Origin: a virus
Lineage: Duplodnaviria > Caudoviricetes
Virus record (IMG/VR): IMGVR_UViG_3300043220_000070
Coordinates: 11,577 to 75,576 of that record
Direction: 5' to 3' (one strand)
Length of the DNA stretch: 64,000 nucleotides
How positions within the stretch are numbered: position 1 is the stretch's first letter; each line of letters starts with the position of its first letter. The position numbers and the translations under genes are program-made. Shown here piece by piece: positions 45,191-55,055 of the stretch. The notes under the pieces were generated by a model that did no database searches, was not told the origin of the DNA, and worked only from the letters and a program-made list of their open reading frames with translations.

Positions 45191-46117
45191 TTACGGCTCG
45201 ATGTAGTGATTTCCGGCCAACGTCCAGGTCGCCGTTATCATGGCGGCGTGGTCGATGTCAAAGGCGCTGTCGTCATTCACCTCAAAGTAATTGTCCGTGA
45301 TGAAGCCGTTACCTGCACCGCCAAGGGTGTGGATTGGCGTCGTCACGTCCTGGAACCGGTTCGAGTGGAGGAAGTTGTCCTGGGGCGTTCCAGAACGTGT
45401 TGCAATCCCGATAGCACAGTTCGAGAACAAGCAATCCTCGACGACGTTCCGCACAGGGTTGTTCGTGCCCGAGCCACGGAACGAGACCCCTGCACCACTG
45501 TTGGCGAGAGCATCGAACGTGCAACGCCTCACAGCACATAGGCTCGCGCCTCTCATCTCGAACCCGTCATAACCGGTGCCCCACCCATGAAAGAGGCACT
45601 CGAATAGCTCGGTGTAGAAGGCGTTCACTCCTGTTCCACCATCGCTCGTCGCCCGCACAGAGGGGCCTGTGGCGAAACGCGAAGCGAATGTGAAGCCAAT
45701 CCACTTACATCCTGCCGTGATTTCCACGACTGGGCCAGTCGTGTAACCTGAAGCGGCGATAATCCAGTGCTCATCAGTGTTCTGACGATTCACGCCGTAC
45801 GTGTCGGCCATGAGGGTAATGCCACGCTTGTCACAGGTGATGGCGGACGTAACGGTATGCCCCCCGCGACTAACGATGATTACGTCGCCACGCTGGGATA
45901 CGCACAAGTCAATCGCAGCCTGGATAGTCGCCAGAGGTTGTCTGGGGTCAATCCCATTATCCCCATCGTTCCCATTTGTAGGGTCAACGAAGAAGATGTG
46001 AGGTCGGTTAACCCCCTGCCCGTGAGGGCCACCACGCTCAACTGGCGACTGGGGGCCAATCAATTCTCCAGTCCGCAGATAGCGGTCAATCAGATTGGAG
46101 CTAAGGTTTGGTTCCAT
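45191..46117 (-). CDS. Beta-helix (pectin-lyase-like) head/tail fibre protein
   Basis: FVDPTNGNDGDNG...PLATIQAAID; repeated CxF turns. Confidence 0.75.
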   Translation of the reverse strand: MEPNLSSNLIDRYLRTGELIGPQSPVERGGPHGQGVNRPHIFFVDPTNGNDGDNGIDPRQPLATIQAAIDLCVSQRGDVIIVSRGGHTVTSAITCDKRGITLMADTYGVNRQNTDEHWIIAASGYTTGPVVEITAGCKWIGFTFASRFATGPSVRATSDGGTGVNAFYTELFECLFHGWGTGYDGFEMRGASLCAVRRCTFDALANSGAGVSFRGSGTNNPVRNVVEDCLFSNCAIGIATRSGTPQDNFLHSNRFQDVTTPIHTLGGAGNGFITDNYFEVNDDSAFDIDHAAMITATWTLAGNHYIEP

Positions 46118-46129
46118 GTTTCTACTCTC

Positions 46130-46396
46130 CTAGATGCTCGTCCACGTGTCGTTCCGCTTCTGCCACAGAGTTCCTGCACCATCTACGGCACTAATGTAGA
46201 GCGAGCCGTCTGCGTATTTGGCATCAGCCCCCACCTCGGTTACGATGTCGGCATTTGACGTAGCTACCCCTATGAAGAGGACTACGGGCTCGCCGGCGTC
46301 GTTCGCACCAATTACAACCCCCCCTATGGCCCCTACACCCGTAGGTGTGAGGCCGGGGAGGTTGGCCAGTGCGCGTCCAACTGAGGTCTGACTCAC
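46130..46396 (-). CDS. Small capsid-associated (cement-like) protein
   Basis: Directly after MCP; GSLYI...LWQK pattern. Confidence 0.55.
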   Translation of the reverse strand: MSQTSVGRALANLPGLTPTGVGAIGGVVIGANDAGEPVVLFIGVATSNADIVTEVGADAKYADGSLYISAVDGAGTLWQKRNDTWTSI

Positions 46397-46425
46397 AACT
46401 CTAATCCCTCTTCCAGCCCCTCAAC

Positions 46426-47628
46426 TTACGTCGTCAGGCTGAAGTTGTGAATCCGGGCCTCTGCACGCGGGCCGCTGTGAATAGCGGACACGTCCGCGTA
46501 GAAGGCCTGCTGGATTCGCGGGCCAGTCGAGCTGGGCGGAAGCTGCCGGAGCTGAGGCCGGCCAAGCGTCCCGTGGTGACCCATCCGGTGGTTCTCCCGC
46601 CGAATGAGAATCATCTCGTCCTGCGCCACCGCGGTGTGCAGAAGGATGTCCACAACACCGAAGTCGGTGTTGAGGCGGTCGACCGTGATACCAGCCGTCT
46701 GGCCAGTGCCCGGGCCGAGTCGCTCGGCACCGCTGAAGAACGAGCTGACCTTCCTCTTCGCCCAGGCGGAGCACACAAAGGTCTTCGCCATCTTGTCGCC
46801 GCCAACTTCGTAGAAGAGGTCTTCCAGCTCATCGTCGATGTCACTACGGGCAAGAGCGGCGCCGCTCAGGTCGGTCACCTGTGCGCCGTTGGCTGCCGTC
46901 ACGAAGTCCTTGATACCACCCAGAAGGGAGGGAACCGAGGACGAGCCGGCAAACCGGTCACCGTGCACGAACTCCGCCTCCATGAGGACGAACTGCTCGG
47001 CTACCGTATCGGCAGCCTGCTTGTCCAGGTCGTTCCCCTGAAGGCCATACTGCTGTGTCTCGACCATGCGGAACGTCGCCTGGACGCCCACGCTGTGCAC
47101 CTGGCTGTAGTTGAACGGCATGGTGGTCAGACTAGTGGGTCGGAAGACCCAGTTATCGTTCTCATGCATCGCAAAACCGGCCACAAACACCTCATCGGTC
47201 GAGGCCCAGGCGCCTTCTGTCACGCGACTGGTGATGTCGCGCTGAATGGTGAGGGCGTTGACACTTGCGTGCCCCGTCACCCGCACGAACTCATTATCGT
47301 TGCGGTTGTACAGAATCGTACCCACCGGGAAGCGGTGAGCCGCGCCTGTAACGGTCAGGGAGGTGGTGGTACCAGCCGCAAGGCCGCTATGCGACAGGCG
47401 GCGGTTCCACGGGTCGTCTTCCACCCACTCAATTCGAGTGTGGGTGTACTGGAACTGCTCTACGCCACCGGTGTACTTGAGCAGGTCGGTCGAGCGCTCG
47501 CTCATGTTCACCAGAAGCGGCGCCACCCAGCGGACTCGCAGCGACGTGGTACCGTCGAGCAAGAACTCCGCAGGATAGCCACTGTCGGGCATACCGGCAA
47601 AGCGCATTGTTTCTAATGTTCCGGCCAT
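46426..47628 (-). CDS. Major capsid protein (HK97 fold, SU10/DUF5309-like)
   Basis: 400 aa after scaffold; EWVED, NYSQV, LGGIKDF, TDFGVVDI. Confidence 0.85.
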   Translation of the reverse strand: MAGTLETMRFAGMPDSGYPAEFLLDGTTSLRVRWVAPLLVNMSERSTDLLKYTGGVEQFQYTHTRIEWVEDDPWNRRLSHSGLAAGTTTSLTVTGAAHRFPVGTILYNRNDNEFVRVTGHASVNALTIQRDITSRVTEGAWASTDEVFVAGFAMHENDNWVFRPTSLTTMPFNYSQVHSVGVQATFRMVETQQYGLQGNDLDKQAADTVAEQFVLMEAEFVHGDRFAGSSSVPSLLGGIKDFVTAANGAQVTDLSGAALARSDIDDELEDLFYEVGGDKMAKTFVCSAWAKRKVSSFFSGAERLGPGTGQTAGITVDRLNTDFGVVDILLHTAVAQDEMILIRRENHRMGHHGTLGRPQLRQLPPSSTGPRIQQAFYADVSAIHSGPRAEARIHNFSLTT

Positions 47629-47650
47629 TTCACTTTGCTCCTAAGCTGCT

Positions 47651-48718
47651 TTACGCTTGTCGAACACGGACTGAATTCCAGTCCATGTCCCTTAAATTCT
47701 GCTTCATGGCGTCAGCACTCTGTTCCTCAGAGAACTTCTTGCCTTCTTCAACAGTACCACCTGAACCTATGTCGCTCTGGGCGGTGGCCCCCGCCGGAAC
47801 TCCGGCGTTTGGCTGCGGCTGCGGCTCTGGAGCCGCGGTCGCCGCCGGCTGAGCGGCTGGTTCGGCCGGTACTGCTGGGGCGGGCGCCGGCTCTACCGGG
47901 GCCGTACCCTCAGCCAGCTTCTTCTCCAAGAAGGCTGACTTCTGCTGCTCGCAATAGAGCTCCATTTCCTCTGGACTCCCAATTGCCTCGATAGCATCGC
48001 GTGCTACACCGAACTGCGTGTATTCCAGGACTAGGCTGTCAATCATTAAGGCCTTCTGGATTCCAATCAACTCGGTGCGGTCGGCGTCGAGCTTAACCCA
48101 CTCGTCATCCTGCGCGAATTTGGCACGTGCCGTCTCTTGTTCCGCAGGTGTCAGTTCACGGGTCTGGAGTTCACGAATCTGATTCGTAAGCTCCTGAGAG
48201 CGCGTGCTCGATTCCTGCAACTGGCGGTCGACCTGCGCAGAACGTTTGTCGCTCTGGCTCTGCGCAGCCCTTTGCGCCTCTTGCACGATTTCCGTGCGTT
48301 GCTCCTCAAGGAAGGTGCCTAACCTTCCAAGAGCAGCCGCCTCCTCTGGCGTAGCCTCCGGTGTGGCTGCGGCTGGCGCGGTCTTCGCAACAACCGGGGC
48401 TGCCGGCTGTTGGGCCGTCGGTGGGACGACCTCTACAACGGGCGGTGGCGTCGGCTCAACTACCTGCTGAGCCGGAGCCTGGGGCTCTCCTGCCGGGGCT
48501 GCTGGAGTCTGAGCTGTCGATGGAGACTGCGGCTCTGGCTGCGAACCCGCCGGCTCCGCTGCGGCTCCAGCTTGTGAAGCCTGTGGCGAAGGGTCGGCCT
48601 GATTCTGCGAACTCAAAGGACGCGCTTCTCCAGTCTCTAGGTTCAACTCTACGGTGTCTTGCCCACCTAGCTTTTCCACCATCTCAGGGGATGCCTGTGC
48701 AGGGTTGTTACCCGTCAT
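47651..48718 (-). CDS. Scaffolding protein
   Basis: Pro/Ala/Gln-rich ends, central coiled coil, directly upstream of MCP. Confidence 0.75.
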   Translation of the reverse strand: MTGNNPAQASPEMVEKLGGQDTVELNLETGEARPLSSQNQADPSPQASQAGAAAEPAGSQPEPQSPSTAQTPAAPAGEPQAPAQQVVEPTPPPVVEVVPPTAQQPAAPVVAKTAPAAATPEATPEEAAALGRLGTFLEEQRTEIVQEAQRAAQSQSDKRSAQVDRQLQESSTRSQELTNQIRELQTRELTPAEQETARAKFAQDDEWVKLDADRTELIGIQKALMIDSLVLEYTQFGVARDAIEAIGSPEEMELYCEQQKSAFLEKKLAEGTAPVEPAPAPAVPAEPAAQPAATAAPEPQPQPNAGVPAGATAQSDIGSGGTVEEGKKFSEEQSADAMKQNLRDMDWNSVRVRQA

Positions 48719-48747
48719 AAGATATAGTCCTCCTCTCACCTATGTTC

Positions 48748-48805
48748 ATTATAGGGGGTTCAGGGGCTTAATGTCAAGTGAGGGACAACGGGTTGTGGGT
48801 TACAG
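48748..48805 (-). promoter_or_regulatory. Consensus promoter for scaffold/capsid operon with tandem palindrome variants
   Basis: TTGACA(48777-48772)-N18-TATAAT(48753-48748); AAGTGAGGGACAA at 48776 and TTGTGGGTTACAG at 48793. Confidence 0.85.
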
Positions 48806-48810
48806 GGGGT

Positions 48811-51800
48811 TTAGCGCCGCTCTCGCTTCAGACGCTCGGCAATATCACCAGAAAGGGGAGCCTCAAAGTAACCCATGTCGGGCCATTTTTGCTGGGAGCG
48901 CCTGAGGTACTCTTGGGCCGCCTCAGAACGAACGGTCGTTGTGAATCCCTGACGGAAGAGTTCAGCGTCCATAACGGGGTTTATCTCCCGTAGGGTCTGC
49001 CGCAGCTCGGAAATACTGGGTGCACCATCCCCATAGGCCGATTCGAGCATCATGTTCAGATACTTGTCGGTGAGCCGCGCTACATCCCCGGGAGAGGCTC
49101 GGCGGTCTTTCCCCCGGAAATCCTTGACTATTTGGGCCTCCAAATCATCTAGGGAGATGCCAAGAGCTACCGAGACTTCCTCACGCATTCGGAGGTACCC
49201 TGTAGGTTCAACGACCTCCTCAAAGCGTCCTCGCATGTGGCGCCGCACCTCAGTCTCCCGCCGGCGGAGCCACGTCTCCACTAGTGGTAGGAACTCCTCA
49301 GGCACCTGGGCCAGGGCCGCATCCCTATCGGCAAAGAACGCCTCCCAGTCAGGCACGAGGGTGTCCTTATCCCGGTAGTCGTCGAGGTCGACAGCGTAAT
49401 AGGCATCTAGGGCGGAGTTCACCGTGCCGGTGGGGGCCACTCCCTGGTCGGTGAAGTCGACACCCAGGCCCTCGCGGAAGCCCCGAAGCTCGAAGTACTC
49501 CGCCGCCTGAGCCTCCCCGTACTGCTCCCGGTAGTCAGAACCGTTCATGCGGCCGGCGGTGTAGGAGTCCTCAACTCTCTGCCGCGTCTCAACATGAGTC
49601 TCAGCGATGGTCTCGCGCCCCTCACGGTACCGCCTCCAGAAGCGCTCCTGTGGGCGGTCGCGGATGGGGCGAACACGACCTTCAGTAACCGCCACCACGT
49701 CAGGATTGTTCCGAACGAGGTCTTGGGCCGGGGTGTTGTTCTCCAAGTCGCTCCAAGGCACCCCGAAGGCGTACTGAGAGACGCGGTTCAGAACGGGTTC
49801 CAGCGCCTCCCACGCCGTCTCGGGGGACGTGCGGAGGCCAAAGAACTCGGCAATGAACCGCGGCGTGCCGCGCTGGATGCTCCCCCCTTGGAGGAGAGCG
49901 TCGAGTGTAATGGGGGCAAAATTGTCGAGAGCGTAGTCCCCGAGCACCCGGGGGTCATCCACCATCTCAGAGATGTTGACCGAGTAACCAAGGAAGTCAG
50001 ACCCTTCAATTTCCGTATTCCCCGTTAGGAGCCCCGCAAGACTCGGGCCGAAGTTCATCATCTGACCGGTAAAGGGGGCGGCACGGCTCCTCCAGCCCCG
50101 AACGATGGGGTTCTGGACAAGTGCCTCTTCCCAGTTCTCGAACTCCCAGTTGTCCTTATTGGCCAACCCACCTGCAAGGGCGAAACCCGCGCGGTAGGTA
50201 CCCCCCAGCCCGTACCAGTCCTTGCCAATCTTCATTGACATGAACTTCTTACCGCCGGCCGGGTTGAGCGCCTCCTTGATTTCATCAAAGATTTCGTCTT
50301 GGCTCTTACCAGTCGACACACCCCGGGCGGCGATGAGGCCTGACACAATGGATGCCCCACCAACCAACATCTTCGCTATGATGGCCCGAGCCTGGGCTGG
50401 AGTATAACCACGCCCCAATGCGTAGGACAGCGTACCGAGGAACGACCGCGTGTAGCGAGTGGCGAACCAGACGAAGGCGGATTCTGCTTGGTGCTGACTG
50501 GCCGAGATGACCCCGCCTAGCTTCGGCTGTCCAATGAGCGTATCGGTAAAGCGCGCCAGGCGGAACAGCTCTTCATGGAGGGCCGCTCCCTCCAAGGGCC
50601 GGGCTCCCAGGCGGGCGCCCATTGCCTCTACCAACAGACCGGGTTTGGTCGCCACTTCTGCCATCGTATCGAAGGCCAACACCCGGCCGTAGGATAGCGA
50701 GGCGTCGAAGCCCACCGTCATCCGATTGATGAAAGAGCGCATAGGAAAGGTGGCTACATCGAGAACAGGGGAGACGACCGGAGCACGCGGGAGCCCTAAA
50801 CCCCCCATACGGGCCGCCTCCATGAGCTCCGAAGTGAACCCCATGTCCCCGCCGTACATAGCGTAACGCTGAGCCGCGGGGCTGCCGGCCATCCAGCGGT
50901 AGAACTGCTTTGGCTCTATCAGAGCGTTGTAGAACCCCCGGGCCATCGCCTCTCCCCATGCCGTGGGGTTGAGCGCCGCAAGTGTGACGAGCTGAATGGC
51001 ACCCCATCCCGTATCCAACGTACCTGTCAGCATCAGACGGGCGACGGCATTCACCTTCTGGGGCAGGACAATCACGGGGTTTTTCGTACCCTGGCCAACG
51101 ACCGTCATAATTTCTCGGGCGTGCGCCTTGCTCACGATACCCCGAATGGTCGTACCAAGCTCGGTGGCGTAGGTCTCAGTTATACGTGGCCCCTTACCAA
51201 AGCGCAGTATGCCCTCTTCCTTCATGTAGCGCCCCATGAGAGAATCCCTCGTGAGCTTCTGCATTCCCTCAATAGCACCCTCCATCTGGTTTAAGAGACC
51301 TGGGCGGTACTTAATGCCGTACTCGGCAATAGCCTCCTGCTGTACCTCGAACTGGCGCTGGAAGAGAGCTGGTGGCTTCCCGCGGCGGGCGCCGGCAGTG
51401 ACACTCCAAAGTTTACTCTCTGGGTCAACTGCGAAGCGGGGCCACCACACATCCCGCTTCTTAATGGTCATCCCCGTCGCCTGCTCCGCGAAGCTAATGT
51501 GGGGCTCCATTGCGGCCCGTGCTTGTGAGATGAAGCCAAGCTGCTCTTCGGTTAGCCGACCCAGGTAGGTCTTCTCACCACGCATGACGCTCTCAAACAC
51601 ATCACCGCCGGCAACCCACTCACCTTCACCGCGGCGGAAGAGGTTCCCCGCCTTAGAAGCCTCAAAACGGGTCAGCGCGCGCGCCGGTAGCCCCGTCGAA
51701 ACGGGAGCCTTTGTTGGTACCCAGATTTGACCGGCTGCATTCTCAATGAAAGGTACCCTTGAGCCTCGGAACGGCGCCATCGTCATCCAGCGGGCCGCGT

Positions 51801-53529
51801 TGTCCTCTGCGAGCTGGAACTGCCAACCGAAGGCCGCCTTGAGTGCGGGCTCGTCCGCCACAGCCAACCGGTTAATAATCTCCTGGAGGCGCTTCCCACC
51901 TCCCATCGGAACCCAGTTGGCTACCTTCCCCGCCATGAGGCGTAAGAAGTCCCGGGCCTCAGGGCGCTCAATGTGGGCACGAATCTTTAAGCGGAACCCT
52001 TCAATACTGGGGCCAGTGGCACCACCCGCCATAGGGGGGAAGGGGAGCTCCCCAGGCTGTAGCGCGCGCACCCCCTCTGGGTTTGCCACCCGAACGCCTC
52101 CCCGAGCGCCGGCGAGACTTTCCTCGGCCGACATGGAGATGACGGCGCCCTCATCCACCACGACCGTCTGGACAACTGGTTTCCCGCCATGTGCGCGGAC
52201 ATTGACCCCCGCGTAGACTTCAGCGTCCTTGGCCGAAGCTGTTAGGAAGGCCCCCTCTCCCAGGGCCGCCTCTTGGTTTGTGGATGTACCACGGAAATAG
52301 ACCCGGCGCTCACCCGCCATTGCCCCGAGTTCCCCCAGGTCAGCCGGGAGCTTGCCTTCCGCAATAAGCATCTCTGTTGCGGGCTCGCCCCGCACCGGGC
52401 GCCAGGCAGACCGCGCCGACCGGTCACGGAGGGCCGCCCGAGTGAACCCTCTGGCGACGCCGAGACCGCCGGCGGCTAGCAAGCCCCCCGGCAAAGCGCC
52501 AACGATGCCCGGCAGACCGACTTCCTCAGCCGCCTCCTCTCCTACCGCCATCCCCCCTACCAGTGCCGTACCAAGCGCCGCCTTAGCAGCAAGGCCGGCC
52601 GGTGGGAAAATCGTCATAGCCAGGATGAACATGGGGTCGGACGCTATCTCGATAGCATTAATGAGGCTCCCTTTGACGATAGGAATGTCCGGCATATTTG
52701 CGTCAATAGAGTCCGCTAGGTTTCCCCCAGCTACGGACAGGGGAAATCCCTCAGCACCAGGCAAGGCCGACCACTCGGCCTTCGCCGGGGACATCATCCG
52801 GGTCAAAGCGTTTCCCCATAACTCAACTAGGCCCGCATCACTGGCGACGAACTGGGTGTAGTTGTCGGGGTACTCCTTAGAGATGTCGTCAAGCGCCGCG
52901 AACATGGCCTGAAGGGGGTCAACAGTCGCTGAATTGACCGTTGCCCCCAGTTTTGTTCCTTCAAGGTCTCTCATCGATTCCGGGTCGAAGTCCCTAGCCT
53001 GACGAACGTACTCCACCAGGTTCTTGTACACCCGGAAGCGGTTTAGAGAGGCGTCGAGAACGTCCTCCTGCCGCCCACTCAGCGGCATGAGGCTACTTAC
53101 CGACAGGAGCGTCAGAGGGTTGTCCTCCCCAAAGGCGGGGGGTAGACCTGAAAGGTCATCGTACATCGCGTCTAACCCCTCAGTAAACAAGGCAAACTCC
53201 CGCCTTGCCACCTCCGCAGGGTCGAACTCCGGCGGTGGCGGAACCTCTACCGGCTCTCGGCCGGGAAGAGTGCGCACCATACCCCGCCCCAGTCCCGTAG
53301 GGGTAGACGGTTTAGGCTCCCAGAATTCAAAAACAAATGGAGCCGTGGGGGTAGTAGTCGGGACTGGAGGCGGCTCAGCAGCGGCACGGGCCGGTGCAGG
53401 CCCGGGCACCGGTGCTGTTGGAGTCGGGACTGGCTGGGGCGCGGCTGGAGACGGCTGGCGCAGGCGCGCACGCTCCTGGGCACGACGCTCCTGCTCCTCG
53501 CGTCGGGACTCGCCACTGACGACTGGCAT
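48811..53529 (-). CDS. Large internal virion/ejection protein (1572 aa), polyvalent-like
   Basis: Size, helical composition and position between portal and scaffold. Confidence 0.75.
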   Translation of the reverse strand: MPVVSGESRREEQERRAQERARLRQPSPAAPQPVPTPTAPVPGPAPARAAAEPPPVPTTTPTAPFVFEFWEPKPSTPTGLGRGMVRTLPGREPVEVPPPPEFDPAEVARREFALFTEGLDAMYDDLSGLPPAFGEDNPLTLLSVSSLMPLSGRQEDVLDASLNRFRVYKNLVEYVRQARDFDPESMRDLEGTKLGATVNSATVDPLQAMFAALDDISKEYPDNYTQFVASDAGLVELWGNALTRMMSPAKAEWSALPGAEGFPLSVAGGNLADSIDANMPDIPIVKGSLINAIEIASDPMFILAMTIFPPAGLAAKAALGTALVGGMAVGEEAAEEVGLPGIVGALPGGLLAAGGLGVARGFTRAALRDRSARSAWRPVRGEPATEMLIAEGKLPADLGELGAMAGERRVYFRGTSTNQEAALGEGAFLTASAKDAEVYAGVNVRAHGGKPVVQTVVVDEGAVISMSAEESLAGARGGVRVANPEGVRALQPGELPFPPMAGGATGPSIEGFRLKIRAHIERPEARDFLRLMAGKVANWVPMGGGKRLQEIINRLAVADEPALKAAFGWQFQLAEDNAARWMTMAPFRGSRVPFIENAAGQIWVPTKAPVSTGLPARALTRFEASKAGNLFRRGEGEWVAGGDVFESVMRGEKTYLGRLTEEQLGFISQARAAMEPHISFAEQATGMTIKKRDVWWPRFAVDPESKLWSVTAGARRGKPPALFQRQFEVQQEAIAEYGIKYRPGLLNQMEGAIEGMQKLTRDSLMGRYMKEEGILRFGKGPRITETYATELGTTIRGIVSKAHAREIMTVVGQGTKNPVIVLPQKVNAVARLMLTGTLDTGWGAIQLVTLAALNPTAWGEAMARGFYNALIEPKQFYRWMAGSPAAQRYAMYGGDMGFTSELMEAARMGGLGLPRAPVVSPVLDVATFPMRSFINRMTVGFDASLSYGRVLAFDTMAEVATKPGLLVEAMGARLGARPLEGAALHEELFRLARFTDTLIGQPKLGGVISASQHQAESAFVWFATRYTRSFLGTLSYALGRGYTPAQARAIIAKMLVGGASIVSGLIAARGVSTGKSQDEIFDEIKEALNPAGGKKFMSMKIGKDWYGLGGTYRAGFALAGGLANKDNWEFENWEEALVQNPIVRGWRSRAAPFTGQMMNFGPSLAGLLTGNTEIEGSDFLGYSVNISEMVDDPRVLGDYALDNFAPITLDALLQGGSIQRGTPRFIAEFFGLRTSPETAWEALEPVLNRVSQYAFGVPWSDLENNTPAQDLVRNNPDVVAVTEGRVRPIRDRPQERFWRRYREGRETIAETHVETRQRVEDSYTAGRMNGSDYREQYGEAQAAEYFELRGFREGLGVDFTDQGVAPTGTVNSALDAYYAVDLDDYRDKDTLVPDWEAFFADRDAALAQVPEEFLPLVETWLRRRETEVRRHMRGRFEEVVEPTGYLRMREEVSVALGISLDDLEAQIVKDFRGKDRRASPGDVARLTDKYLNMMLESAYGDGAPSISELRQTLREINPVMDAELFRQGFTTTVRSEAAQEYLRRSQQKWPDMGYFEAPLSGDIAERLKRERR

Positions 53530-53532
53530 GGG

Positions 53533-53919
53533 CTAAACGCCCCCTCCAAAGAATTTACGCGAACGACCCAATGTTCGGTGCATCTTCGCGCGCTTCTCCT
53601 TCCTCACCTGCTCAATGAAAGGAGTAATCTGAGCCATCAGCTCCTGGCGCGTCTCATCATCCAGACCTAAGGCATTTGCCTGACCCACCACTGGTGGAGT
53701 AGGAGCCTCCGGGCGTCCACCGGGCGTTGGGGCCTCTCTGGTCTGCGCAACGGCCCGCTCCTGGGGACTTGTGCGGTTCTGGGCCGGCGCTGTGGGTGGC
53801 GGAGGGCCACCCGTCCGGGCAATACCCGGGCGGTCAAGCAGGGACTCACGCACCTTGGCCAAACCACGCTTACGGTTAGCTGCATTCGCCAGGAAGCTGG
53901 GACTACCTTGAGTAGGCAT
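53533..53919 (-). CDS. Small internal virion-type protein
   Basis: Track ORF, Pro/Arg-rich. Confidence 0.55.
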   Translation of the reverse strand: MPTQGSPSFLANAANRKRGLAKVRESLLDRPGIARTGGPPPPTAPAQNRTSPQERAVAQTREAPTPGGRPEAPTPPVVGQANALGLDDETRQELMAQITPFIEQVRKEKRAKMHRTLGRSRKFFGGGV

Positions 53920-53920
53920 T

Positions 53921-54874
53921 CTACGTTCTCCTCGCGCTCACCACAGGGCCGCCGGCGGCCGTCTGCCGGATGCGAGCGGCTTCACCCTTACGGCCTCTGA
54001 TTTGAACAGACAACTGGCCAAGGTCGTCACCAAACCGCTCCTGGAGGAATTCGCCTGGAGAGAACTTGAAGATGGGAGTGACACGTGGGCGCTGGAATAT
54101 CTCCTCCGTCTCCTCAAACCGGCGTTCCCCCGTCTCCGTCAAGGTCTCCTCCGTTGTTGTAACAACCGTCTCCTCCATCCGGGCAGTCATTGCGCTTTGG
54201 CGCTGCTGGAAGTCATCGTCGATGACGCTCTGGACGCTTTCGTTGGTGACCTCCTCGCCACGCTCCTTCAACACCTGTTCCGCCTGGGTACGGGTCATCC
54301 GTGTGATTTCCTGCTCGGTAACGGCCCCTGGGCGTGTACCAACAAGCTCGGGCGCCCCCTCCAAGCCCGCGATGTCAAAGAGGTCTTCACCTCGAGCGGC
54401 CCGCTGCGCCAGGTTCCCCATGTATTCATTCAGCATTGTCTGCATGAAGCCAGTACCGGGGTCGAGCATGAGGTTAATATCCCCCTGGCTCATCCCAGCC
54501 TCCACCATGTCCTGCGCGTAGCCAACAAAAGCGTTTGAAAAGTCGTCAAGGAACTCCTCAGGCGTGGGTACGTCCACATAGACTCGAGAAACCTGCTTGA
54601 TAAGCTCATCAAACTGCGCGGTCGTTGTACTAACGATGTCTCGTTCGGTCTCACCCCGAGTGACGCGCTCACCGGTTTCCGAGACGAACTCAGCCCGGCC
54701 TCCCTCCTCTTGTTGCTGGCGGCGCCACGCTTCAAGAAGGGCTTCAATATCAGTCCCCTCCTCTGGGTTGCCAGGACTACCGGGAGTAGCCTCTGGCCCG
54801 TGGTTACCAAAAGAGTCGACGCCAAGGGACGCCTGCTGAGCGGGAGAAAAAGGGCCTAGTCCATAATGAGGCAT
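53921..54874 (-). CDS. Putative internal virion/ejection protein
   Basis: Acidic helical 317 aa upstream of the large ejection gene. Confidence 0.6.
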   Translation of the reverse strand: MPHYGLGPFSPAQQASLGVDSFGNHGPEATPGSPGNPEEGTDIEALLEAWRRQQQEEGGRAEFVSETGERVTRGETERDIVSTTTAQFDELIKQVSRVYVDVPTPEEFLDDFSNAFVGYAQDMVEAGMSQGDINLMLDPGTGFMQTMLNEYMGNLAQRAARGEDLFDIAGLEGAPELVGTRPGAVTEQEITRMTRTQAEQVLKERGEEVTNESVQSVIDDDFQQRQSAMTARMEETVVTTTEETLTETGERRFEETEEIFQRPRVTPIFKFSPGEFLQERFGDDLGQLSVQIRGRKGEAARIRQTAAGGPVVSARRT

Positions 54875-55053
54875 TACAATAATCTCCTTACGTGGCGCAT
54901 TCGTTTCCGTCCTGCCTTCCGCTGGTCTGCGAGCTGCGCACGGACGGAACGGGGCGGGGGCGCCTCGGTGGTTCCCTCCGGCTCCTGCTTCGTGAGTCTC
55001 TGCGAAAGCAACTGCTCAACCAGGCGGTCTGCTCTCTCGCTGGGTGTGGCCAC
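54874..55053 (-). CDS. Small hypothetical protein (59 aa)
   Basis: Manual translation MATPSERADRLVEQLL...; stop overlaps next ATG. Confidence 0.55.
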   Translation of the reverse strand: MATPSERADRLVEQLLSQRLTKQEPEGTTEAPPPRSVRAQLADQRKAGRKRMRHVRRLL

Positions 55054-55055
55054 GG

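Noticed and set aside
46396-46430. T7-style frameshift extension of the major capsid protein
   Set aside because: No slippery heptamer near the MCP stop, and the downstream gene has its own SD and start
46447-47616. 389-aa + strand ORF opposite the capsid gene (also 13801..14355, 39220..40140, 30411..31298)
   Set aside because: Antisense shadow frames of well-supported genes in GC-rich DNA, with no SD or motifs
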